Assembly: GCA_001783215.1 (NCBI GenBank)
Contig: MFRA01000005.1
Span: forward strand, 254,322-318,321
Direction of reading: 5' to 3'
Origin: Candidatus Magasanikbacteria bacterium RIFOXYD1_FULL_40_23
Lineage (GTDB): Bacteria > Patescibacteriota > Patescibacteriia > Magasanikbacterales > GWA2-37-8
Length of the DNA stretch: 64,000 nt
Shown here: in pieces, positions 1-7,387 of the stretch
Layout: each line of letters begins with the position of its first letter
Position numbering within the stretch: position 1 is the stretch's first letter
The notes under the pieces: model-generated
What the model saw: only the letters and a program-made list of their open reading frames with translations
What the model was told of the DNA's origin: nothing
Database searches by the model: none
Program-made: the position numbers and the translations under genes

Positions 1-1
1 G

Positions 2-3000
2 GTGGCGTTGTCTTCTTGTATGGAAGGTGAAATTCCTTGGATTTTGCGCAAAGAAGACAATTATGAAAAAGCCAAAAAAGTAGCTTTGGAATACCAAGAT
101 ATTTTTGGGGAAGAAAATTTTTATTTGGAATTAATGGATTTGCCGGCGCTAGAAGGTCAGATGGATTTAAACACAAGGCTTATTGAATTATCCAAAGATA
201 CCGGTATACCATTGGTAGTTACGCGTGATGTGCATTATTTGGAGCCAGACGATGCCGAAGCTCAAGATATACTTACATGTATTCGAGATGGACGAACGCT
301 CGACGAAGACAATCGTATTAGTATGAGCGGAGTGGATTATTCTTTTGTGGCGCCCAAAGAAATTATAAATCGTTTTAAACATGTTCCGGAAGCAGTAAGT
401 AATACTGTAAAAATTGCGGAGCGGGTAAACTTAACCATAGAACTAAACAAATGGCATTTTCCTGCTTTGGATATTCCAGATGGCAAGACCGCCGACGATT
501 ATTTACGTGAGCAGGTGTATGAAAAATTACCGCAGCGCATAGAAATGACAGAGGAAGTAAAAAAACGCGCAGATTATGAATTGGGTATTATTGCGACCAA
601 AGGTTATTCGCCATATTTTTTATGCGTGGCCGACTATATTGGTTATGCCAGAGACAATCGTATTATGGTGACCACCCGTGGTTCGGCAGCCGGTTCGGTA
701 GTGTCGTTTGCTATGGGGATTGTGATGGATAATCCGCTTTATTTTAAATTACCATTTGAAAGATTTTTGAATCCTTTTCGCCCTAGTCCGCCAGATATCG
801 ACGGTGACTTTGCCGATGACAAACGCGATGAGATGATTGCCTATGTAACCAAAAAATATGGGGCCGACAAGGTGGCTCAAATTATTACTTTTGGTACGAT
901 GGCGGCGCGCGGAGCTGTGCGAGATGTGGGTCGCGCCCTGGGTTATTCTTATTCTTTTTGTGATCAGGTATCCAAACTTATTCCATTTGGCGCGCAAGGG
1001 TTTCAGATGACGCTGCTAAAAGCGCTAGACTTGGAGCCGGAGTTAAAAAAATTATATCAAAAAAATGCAGAAGTAAAACGATTAATTGATTTGGCGCAAA
1101 AAGTAGAAGGTTGTGCTCGTCATACTTCTATTCATGCGGCCGGTGTTGTTATTTCTCCAACACCGCTTACAGATTTTACACCGGTGCAGCTGGAAACCGG
1201 GGGAGACAAAGTAGTAACTCAATACGAAATGCATTCAGTAGAGGCTGCCGGAGTTTTGAAAATGGATTTTTTGGGTATTCGTAACTTATCTATTTTAGGA
1301 AATGCCATTGAAATTATCGAAAAAACTACAGGTCAAAAAATAAATGTATATAATTTATATCCTTGGAACGATGCAAAGACATATGAGATGTTGGCGCGCG
1401 GAGAAACCGTAGGTGTGTTTCAACTTTCTAGTTCTGGTATGACCAGGTACCTCAAAGAGCTTAAGCCAGCTTCTATTTTTGATATCATGGCGATGGTGGC
1501 CTTATTTCGTCCTGGCCCTATGGACTCTATTCCAGACTATATTCAAAGAAAAAATAATCCAGATTTAATCCAGTACGAAGACCAAAGAATGAAAGAATAC
1601 CTCGATCAGTCACTGGGGCTTATTGTTTACCAAGACGATGTTTTGCTTACTGCTATAAATTTGGCCGGTTATAACTGGGAAGAAGCAGATAAATTCCGTA
1701 AAGCCATGGGTAAGAAAATTCCCGAAGAAATGGCAAAGCAAAAAGAAAAGTTTTATAAAGGAGCCAAGGAATTTGGCAAAGTTCCATCCGAAAAAATCGA
1801 TAGGCTTTGGGAGAGAATTGAACCGTTTGCAGCGTATGGTTTTAATAAAGCCCATGCAGCCAGTTATGCGGTAGTGGCTTATCAAACTGCTTATCTAAAA
1901 GCCAACTTTCCGGTGCAGTATATGACCGCCGTTCTAATTGCAGAAAGTGGCGATATAGATAAAGTGCCGGAAATTATCCATGAATGTGAAAGAATGGGTG
2001 TAAAAGTTTTACCCCCAGATATAAATGAGAGCTTTAAAAACTTTGCCATGATTCCGGCCAAGGATGGCGAACCAGCCTACATCCGTTTTGGTTTAAACGG
2101 CATTAAAAATTTGGGAGAAAATATTGCTGAAGCTATTTATCGTGAGCGTAAAGAAAATGGCAGGTTCAAAGATCTCCAGAGCTTTTTAACTAGAGTAAGT
2201 CATAAAGATTTAAATAAGAAATCTTTAGAAAGCTTAATCAAGTGCGGCGCTTTAGATGGTTTTGATTACGATCGTGGATTTTTGTTTGGTAATATAGAAA
2301 ATATTTTATCTTTTGTTAAGCAGATTCGTGAGCATAGCTCGGTTAGTCAGCATTCTTTGTTTTCGGGCACCAGCATAGATATGTCTTCCAAATTAAAATT
2401 AGAAGAAAAACCAAACGCTACCGAAGCCGAAAAACTTTCTTGGGAAAAAGAGTTGCTTGGATTTTATATTACCTCCCATCCATTTAATGCCTATCAAAAA
2501 ATAATGAGTAGTGTGCTTATTCCTTTAAAAGATTTGTCTGGCCAACCTCGTAATACTTGGGTGGTGGTGGGTGGTATGTTGGATTCTACCAAGAAAAAAA
2601 TTACTCGTAGCGGCAAAGCTATGATGTTTGCCAAACTACTCGACACCACCAGCAGTTTGGAACTGTTGGTGTTTCCAAAAACTTATGAAACCACCAAGGA
2701 TATTTGGGTAGAGGGAAGGCCGGTTTGTGTGATTGGAAGAACTTCGGAAGAAGAAGGCGACGACAAATTATTTGTAGAAAAAGCTTATGTGCTTACTCCG
2801 GAAAATGCGGCCTTGCTTACCAAGCAAATGTCTTTTGGTAAAAGCCATGGTACCAAACCAATGCTCGATGCGCCAGATAAAGAATTCAAAGAAGTATTTG
2901 AAATTACGGTTAGTGCCGATCAAATAAAATCCAAAAGTGATATTATAAAAAGTATATTCGATAAGTTTCCTGGAGAAAAACAGGCCATTATTAAGGTCGG

Positions 3001-3079
3001 ATCAAAAATTATAAAAACTTCTTATAATGTAGACGGTTGTGAAGAGTTAAAAAAAGAACTCGAAGAAGCTCTTGTTTAA
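2..3079 (+). CDS. dnaE: DNA polymerase III alpha subunit, C-terminal 1025 aa; the N-terminus (PHP domain) lies upstream of the window
   Basis: Long ORF open at the window edge. Characteristic PolIIIalpha blocks are present (GYSPYFLCVADYIGYARDNRIMVTTRGSAAGSVVSFAMGI, FNKAHAASYAVVAYQTAYLKANFP) plus a C-terminal OB-like region. Confidence 0.9.
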   Translation: MALSSCMEGEIPWILRKEDNYEKAKKVALEYQDIFGEENFYLELMDLPALEGQMDLNTRLIELSKDTGIPLVVTRDVHYLEPDDAEAQDILTCIRDGRTLDEDNRISMSGVDYSFVAPKEIINRFKHVPEAVSNTVKIAERVNLTIELNKWHFPALDIPDGKTADDYLREQVYEKLPQRIEMTEEVKKRADYELGIIATKGYSPYFLCVADYIGYARDNRIMVTTRGSAAGSVVSFAMGIVMDNPLYFKLPFERFLNPFRPSPPDIDGDFADDKRDEMIAYVTKKYGADKVAQIITFGTMAARGAVRDVGRALGYSYSFCDQVSKLIPFGAQGFQMTLLKALDLEPELKKLYQKNAEVKRLIDLAQKVEGCARHTSIHAAGVVISPTPLTDFTPVQLETGGDKVVTQYEMHSVEAAGVLKMDFLGIRNLSILGNAIEIIEKTTGQKINVYNLYPWNDAKTYEMLARGETVGVFQLSSSGMTRYLKELKPASIFDIMAMVALFRPGPMDSIPDYIQRKNNPDLIQYEDQRMKEYLDQSLGLIVYQDDVLLTAINLAGYNWEEADKFRKAMGKKIPEEMAKQKEKFYKGAKEFGKVPSEKIDRLWERIEPFAAYGFNKAHAASYAVVAYQTAYLKANFPVQYMTAVLIAESGDIDKVPEIIHECERMGVKVLPPDINESFKNFAMIPAKDGEPAYIRFGLNGIKNLGENIAEAIYRERKENGRFKDLQSFLTRVSHKDLNKKSLESLIKCGALDGFDYDRGFLFGNIENILSFVKQIREHSSVSQHSLFSGTSIDMSSKLKLEEKPNATEAEKLSWEKELLGFYITSHPFNAYQKIMSSVLIPLKDLSGQPRNTWVVVGGMLDSTKKKITRSGKAMMFAKLLDTTSSLELLVFPKTYETTKDIWVEGRPVCVIGRTSEEEGDDKLFVEKAYVLTPENAALLTKQMSFGKSHGTKPMLDAPDKEFKEVFEITVSADQIKSKSDIIKSIFDKFPGEKQAIIKVGSKIIKTSYNVDGCEELKKELEEALV

Positions 3080-3086
3080 GAGTAGG

Positions 3087-4187
3087 TTATTTAGCTAGCT
3101 TCCAATTTGGATCGGCTTTTATTTTTTTCCAAGAAGTAAAATCTTTTTGTTTTGCGTGATGGTATCCGGCCACGGCAATCATAGCCCCATTATCCATAGA
3201 GTATTTTAGTTCTGGGAGTTGGAAGCGGGTGTTAGGGAAGTTGGCAGTAATTTCTGATTGTAGAGTTTCGCGCAGTTTTTTGTTGGCGCTTACTCCGCCG
3301 CATAGAATAATTGTTTTTGGTTTGTATTCTGCTGCAGCAGTCATAGTTTTGGCTACCAGCACATCTATAATCGCTTGCTCAAAACTGGCGCAGAAATCAT
3401 TTATATTCAAAGATTCTTTATTGTCACGCAGCCAATAAAGAGCGGAAGTTTTTAGGCCGGAAAAACTAAAATTATAATCTTTGCTGTTAAGCATCGGTCT
3501 AGGGAATTTTATTGCTTCGGTGTTGCCAGTTAGTGCAAGTTTAGAAATTTGCGGTCCGCCAGGGTAGGGTAGTCCGATTAATTTTGCACCTTTATCAAAA
3601 CATTCTCCGGCCGCATCGTCTATGGTAGCGCCAAGCAGTTTGTATTTGCCGTGATCTTTCATAATAATAAGTTCGGTGTGTCCGCCGCTTACCACCAAAC
3701 ATAGAGCTGGAAATTGTAAATCCGTTTTGTCATTCTGAGGCGCAGACGAAGAATCCCTTTTGTCCGACCGAGAGGGATCCTTCACTCTGTTCAGGATGAC
3801 AGTGTCGTAGTTTTTTATTTGGGTAGAATAAATATGTCCTTCTATATGGTTTGTAGAAACCAAAGGCAGGTCTGTTATATAAGACAGTGTGCGGGCAGCT
3901 TCTACACCTACCAATAATCCAGTGATAAGTCCTGGTCCAGAAGTAACAGCTACAGCGTCTGGTTTTGGTTGATTTTCTAACACCGCTTCTATAAGCGGTA
4001 CAATTTTTTCGGCATGCATACGGCCGGCAATTTCTGGAACTACGCCGCCATATTTTTTGTGTACATCAATTTGAGAAGCGGTTTTTTCGGACAAAATAAA
4101 ACAGCCTTTATCGGAGCAGTCTAGCAAGGCTACGGAAGTGTCATCACAAGATGATTCAATACCGAGTATTCGCATATTTATAACCAA
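3087..4187 (-). CDS. tsaD: tRNA N6-adenosine threonylcarbamoyltransferase TsaD (Kae1/Gcp family). Likely true start is the second Met (MRILGIESSCDD, about 4175). Carries an in-frame ~26-aa insertion from a palindromic repeat.
   Basis: MRILGIESSCDDTSVAL, HIEGH, VSGGHTELI and DNGAMIA motifs. Relative to E. coli TsaD (recalled from memory), the HIEGH-to-VSGGH spacing is ~26 aa longer, and that stretch coincides with the repeat at 3728-3801. Confidence 0.88.
   Translation of the reverse strand: MVINMRILGIESSCDDTSVALLDCSDKGCFILSEKTASQIDVHKKYGGVVPEIAGRMHAEKIVPLIEAVLENQPKPDAVAVTSGPGLITGLLVGVEAARTLSYITDLPLVSTNHIEGHIYSTQIKNYDTVILNRVKDPSRSDKRDSSSAPQNDKTDLQFPALCLVVSGGHTELIIMKDHGKYKLLGATIDDAAGECFDKGAKLIGLPYPGGPQISKLALTGNTEAIKFPRPMLNSKDYNFSFSGLKTSALYWLRDNKESLNINDFCASFEQAIIDVLVAKTMTAAAEYKPKTIILCGGVSANKKLRETLQSEITANFPNTRFQLPELKYSMDNGAMIAVAGYHHAKQKDFTSWKKIKADPNWKLAK
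3728..3801. repeat. Family-A palindromic element, copy 1, in frame inside tsaD (encodes ...NRVKDPSRSDKRDSSSAPQNDKTD...)
   Basis: tgtcattctgaggcgcagacgaagaatcccttttgtccgaccgagagggatccttcactctgttcaggatgaca. The ends gtcattctga / tcaggatgac are inverted repeats with a central GGATCC. Matches copies at 14967, 51288, 52651, 59991 and 60612. Confidence 0.85.
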
Positions 4188-4440
4188 GTTTGTCTAGGAT
4201 ATGTGCAAGTTGAATTTTTAATTCAGAGTGTCCCTTACCACCTTTTAGGTATTTTTCTCTTTGTCGAGCATCGTCTTCGTGTAAATATCCTTCGTAATAA
4301 ATTAGACGTATAGGCCTTCTATGTTTAGTTGCTAAAACAAACCCAGATTTATGTTTAAGTATTCTCTTTTTTAAATCGGAAGTAAACCCAATATAAAGTT
4401 TACCATCTTTTTGGCAATACAAAATATATACGTAGTACAT
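4156..4440 (-). CDS. GIY-YIG nuclease family protein (UPF0213-like)
   Basis: YVYILYCQKDGKLYIGFTSDLKKRILKH fits the GIY-YIG pattern Y..Y...DG.LYIG.T.DL.KR...H. 94 aa. Overlaps the annotated tsaD start by ~30 nt. Confidence 0.8.
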   Translation of the reverse strand: MYYVYILYCQKDGKLYIGFTSDLKKRILKHKSGFVLATKHRRPIRLIYYEGYLHEDDARQREKYLKGGKGHSELKIQLAHILDKLGYKYANTRY

Positions 4441-4467
4441 ACCTTTATCCTGGTGTCGCGCGTTAGT

Positions 4468-4505
4468 GGCACGCTTAGCGTGCCTATAACGACGCTAAGC
4501 GTCGT
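4468..4505. repeat. Twin palindromes built on the core ACGCTTAGCGT (ggcACGCTTAGCGTgcc ... acgACGCTAAGCGTcgt)
   Basis: Two perfect palindromes 4 nt apart, immediately 3' of tRNA(CAU) and 28 nt upstream of the GIY-YIG start. The same twin arrangement recurs at 23967-24003. Confidence 0.7.
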
Positions 4506-4578
4506 GTCAAGGGAGAGATTTGAACTCTCGACCTCAGCGTTATGAATGCTGCGCTCTTACCAACTGAGCTACCCTGAC
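4505..4578 (-). tRNA. tRNA with CAU anticodon (Met elongator/initiator, or Ile2 if lysidinylated); CCA not encoded
   Basis: Minus-strand read GTCAGGGTAGCTCAGTTGGTAAGAGCGCAGCATTCATAACGCTGAGGTCGAGAGTTCAAATCTCTCCCTTGACA folds as a cloverleaf: 7-bp acceptor, D arm GCTC/GAGC, anticodon loop TTCATAA, T arm GAGAG/CTCTC with TTCAAAT loop. Confidence 0.8.
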
Positions 4579-4683
4579 TTTTCTGGTGTAAATAATACTA
4601 AAATTACGCTTAAAAGTCAACCCTGTTGCCATCTTATAAATTTATTAGGCCGGCATGTTTTATTCATGACGGCCATTGCTATT

Positions 4684-5157
4684 TTACTCATTTCCATTTT
4701 TATCCGTATCAAATATTTTGTTTCGCCATCTAGAAAGAGTGGTGGGCAGTTTTGTCCCCATCATTACCGACGTAAAGGAGATGCAAAACGACACTAGAAA
4801 ATCAGATTCCCACACTCCCTTTGGTTTACCTAGCATCGGCCAGATTCCTAGTATTTCTATTGGGTAAAATATCACAAGCGTTAGCAGCTGCTTTCTTATC
4901 AGTTCCCACCAATCAAAATTTGGCGTGTCAAAGTGCTTGCCCCATCTTTCGGCCAGGATAGCCAGAGGAGCTATTACCATGCCAGTAATATAGGCACAGT
5001 TGAACGGAAGTTTGGGGATAGATGACCAGTGTATACTGATCATGATTGTGTAGTAAACAGCCAGCGCCATCAAAAGAATGATCGTTCTTACGAGTTTGTT
5101 TTGCATTATTTTTCTCGACTTGCTTGTCCAAATGTATCGTACCCCTATATAATACAT
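4684..5157 (-). CDS. Hypothetical multi-pass membrane protein (possible start at MQNKLV, about 5103)
   Basis: Hydrophobic segments ILLMALAVYYTIMISIHW, ITGMVIAPLAILA, LLTLVIFYPIEILGIW. No recognisable catalytic motif. Confidence 0.4.
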   Translation of the reverse strand: MYYIGVRYIWTSKSRKIMQNKLVRTIILLMALAVYYTIMISIHWSSIPKLPFNCAYITGMVIAPLAILAERWGKHFDTPNFDWWELIRKQLLTLVIFYPIEILGIWPMLGKPKGVWESDFLVSFCISFTSVMMGTKLPTTLSRWRNKIFDTDKNGNE

Positions 5158-5227
5158 AATGTCCAGAATATTATTACCGTTGCCCGATAATAATTAGCTG
5201 GATGAAGTATCGCAGAGGAGTAAGATA

Positions 5228-5860
5228 ATGCGCGTTCTTTTTATCATCGCAGTAGCGATAGCCTCTCTTTGGTTGGGTGGCTGTGGAACAGGTAAGGCAT
5301 ATGTAAATTTGCGTAAGCCAATTTATTTGGTAACGGAGGATAGTTTTTTCACGGGCTGTGAAAAAGACCCTGCTGGTTCGGGTGCGTGTCGGGAGTCTCG
5401 TAGCCAGATAGTAAGGGATGGTGTAATGTTGTGGCTTAATCACTTCGAAAAGGATGTTCGTCCTTTTGTGGGGATTGTGTCCAATAGAGACCTTGTACCA
5501 TTTGGTACAACCAACCAGCCTATCCATATCATGGTGATGCCAGGTGGTTGTGATGAGGTATCAAAGAAGAAGACCATTTTGGCTTGTTATTTTGGCGGAG
5601 ATTGGTTTTCAGAACCGCATATAAATTTTACCAATACTGCTCCAGACCATATTGCTGCCAATGTGGTGGCTCACGAGTTTGGGCATGCGCTATTGGGTTC
5701 GGAGCACTATGACAATGAAGATGGCACTTTGTCTATTATGTCGGAGGCCGTGCCAATTGGCGGCGTCGTGGTTTCTACCGACATAGACCGTCTTTGCTGG
5801 ATTCACAAGGAATGCCCAAAACGCAAGCCTGTGCCTAAGAGTGGTAAAGGTACGAAATGA
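5228..5860 (+). CDS. Lipoprotein with a zinc-metalloprotease-like HExxH motif
   Basis: Signal peptide plus lipobox (IASLWLGGCGTG). VVAHEFGHALLGSEHYD (HExxH...GxxH, metzincin-like spacing). Confidence 0.6.
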   Translation: MRVLFIIAVAIASLWLGGCGTGKAYVNLRKPIYLVTEDSFFTGCEKDPAGSGACRESRSQIVRDGVMLWLNHFEKDVRPFVGIVSNRDLVPFGTTNQPIHIMVMPGGCDEVSKKKTILACYFGGDWFSEPHINFTNTAPDHIAANVVAHEFGHALLGSEHYDNEDGTLSIMSEAVPIGGVVVSTDIDRLCWIHKECPKRKPVPKSGKGTK

Positions 5861-5946
5861 CAGAAATGGAGAATCCCCAAAAATTGTTAGTTGGATTAGT
5901 CCTAGGTATATGTAAATACCAGGACTTTTGTTTTTCGGGTAATTCA

Positions 5947-5975
5947 TTGACTTTTTTCTCTAAATATAGTAGAAT
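5947..5975 (+). promoter_or_regulatory. Candidate sigma-70-type promoter for tRNA-Glu (-35 TTGACT, 17-bp spacer, -10 TAGAAT)
   Basis: TTGACT at 5947-5952 and TAGAAT at 5970-5975, with the tRNA 5' end at 5991. Confidence 0.4.
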
Positions 5976-5990
5976 ATTTTCACAATTAAT

Positions 5991-6062
5991 GGTCTCATCG
6001 TCTAATGGTTAGGACATTGCCCTTTCAAGGCGAAAATACGGGTTCAATTCCCGTTGGGACTA
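5991..6062 (+). tRNA. tRNA-Glu (anticodon UUC)
   Basis: GGTCTCA TC GTCT AATGGTT AGGAC A TTGCC CTTTCAA GGCGA AAAT ACGGG TTCAATT CCCGT TGGGACT A. Canonical cloverleaf similar to bacterial tRNA-Glu, with anticodon TTC at 6024-6026. Confidence 0.85.
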
Positions 6063-6069
6063 CAAATAA

Positions 6070-6098
6070 AAACAGGCACTTTGGTGTCTGTTTTTATT
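6070..6098 (+). terminator. Rho-independent terminator after tRNA-Glu
   Basis: acaggcac-tttg-gtgtctgt hairpin followed by tttttatttg. Confidence 0.5.
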
Positions 6099-6099
6099 T

Positions 6100-6233
6100 G
6101 TTATGGGCATCAACGGGAATTGAAGGGAAAGGGTGAAAACGGGAGTTTTCACTTTGCCGAGGAAAGTTCATGAAAACCCGAAGGTTTTTATGAGAGCCCG
6201 CTTGCGGGCGATCAATGCCCTAGTTGGGACTAC
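6100..6233 (+). other. Structured non-coding tract containing an inverted copy of the tRNA-Glu T-arm and a degenerate direct copy of the tRNA 3' end (att-scar-like). Possibly a small ncRNA.
   Basis: 6107-6122 caacgggaattgaag is the reverse complement of the tRNA T-arm gttcaattcccgttg. 6214-6233 gatcaatgccctagttgggactac resembles the tRNA 3' end ggttcaattcccgttgggactac. Several hairpins are present: gtgaaaac-ggga-gttttcac, gaaaacc-cgaa-ggttttt, gcccgc-ttgc-gggc. Confidence 0.3.
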
Positions 6234-6273
6234 TTAACAAAACACCATCACTAATATGATGGTGTTTTCGTGT
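6229..6273. repeat. Direct repeat DR-1 (terminator-like hairpin) at the left edge of the RSD cassette
   Basis: actacttaacaaaacaccatcactaatatgatggtgttttcgtg; about 90% identical to 8869-8914. Confidence 0.7.
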
Positions 6274-6481
6274 AAGGTTACAGGCGTAATTGAGTTTGCC
6301 ACTTCACTTTTTTCTTTTTTAAGACTATTTTAGATTTTTGTTCGTTTCTTCTCTTTGTTGACAGGCAAATAACGGTTTGATTCCGGCTGGACTCTGGTCA
6401 TAAAAATAAGTATATTACTTGCAGATACTTTGTGATTAAGATAGTATAAAGTCCAAAGTATCAAATTTAAGATTAAATGGT

Positions 6482-7387
6482 ATGGGTGAAATTTATACAC
6501 AAACATTAAAATATTTCTACATTGCGATTATTAGATTTTTGCCGCTTTTGAAAACGCTCGAAGTATCTGTGTTAGAGAAAAATGATAAAGCAGAAGTATC
6601 AGATCTTATTGAAATGTATTCAGACATAGAAGTACAGATCGACAAACTTGGTTTGAGTTTTCGTGAACCAAATAAGCGACACCTTGGGGAGCCAGTTGAA
6701 GTAAAAAACTGGTTGGATGAAGGTGTAATAGAAAATTTAAGCAGACTATCTATTCGTCTTTTAATTTCATGGAAAGAAGAGTTAAAAAATTTGCAAGAAA
6801 AAAAATATCTTACTGATGGAAACAAAGAAAGAATTAGTTATTTGGAAGACCGTATCTGGCCACTTGAGGCTTTATCCAAAGACCCTAATTACGTTATTGG
6901 TAAGTATGCTGATAAAGGACCCTTGGAATTTCCCGGTGAAAATAAGGTAAAAAAATCTAGTCCAGAAGTCATAGTTGAAGATGGAAAAGGGATTATTTTT
7001 TCCAAGGACCTAACATCTAAAATATCTGCCGATTTAGGAGGGCTGTGTAATGAGTTTAATTTTAATTATCAAAATAAAAAACCAAATGCAGGATTGCTTC
7101 TATTAAGGCGAATTTTACCCTTGGCCATTGTGCGTAAATTTCAAGCTCTGAATAGAGAGCTTGAAATTAAAAAGCCAGATGGTGATTTTTTAGACACAAA
7201 AGGTTTACTCGGACAAGTTGAAAAGTTACTTAGCAACAAGCGAATTTATAAAGAAATTGAGGGGTATAAGTTATTGATTGATAGTTCTCAGCATTCTTAC
7301 TCTCTAAATGTGGACGATTCGGATGTAGAGGGTGCCGCTATCAAGATTAGAGTTCTGTTGGATGATTTATTTTACAACCATAAGTGA
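6482..7387 (+). CDS. Hypothetical protein (301 aa), 5' partner of the RSD gene. No recognisable domain.
   Basis: The ORF ends in TGA at 7385-7387, overlapping the annotated GTG start at 7384 and 5 nt before ATG 7393. No HD/SpoT-hydrolase or Nudix motif. Confidence 0.55.
   Translation: MGEIYTQTLKYFYIAIIRFLPLLKTLEVSVLEKNDKAEVSDLIEMYSDIEVQIDKLGLSFREPNKRHLGEPVEVKNWLDEGVIENLSRLSIRLLISWKEELKNLQEKKYLTDGNKERISYLEDRIWPLEALSKDPNYVIGKYADKGPLEFPGENKVKKSSPEVIVEDGKGIIFSKDLTSKISADLGGLCNEFNFNYQNKKPNAGLLLLRRILPLAIVRKFQALNRELEIKKPDGDFLDTKGLLGQVEKLLSNKRIYKEIEGYKLLIDSSQHSYSLNVDDSDVEGAAIKIRVLLDDLFYNHK

Noticed and set aside
3229-3438. Plus-strand 69-aa ORF inside tsaD
   Set aside because: Antisense to a well-supported gene. 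No motif.
4546-4867. ORFs 4546-4797 and 4676-4867 (+), beginning inside tRNA(CAU)
   Set aside because: They start within the tRNA gene and overlap the better-supported minus-strand membrane protein gene. Spurious.
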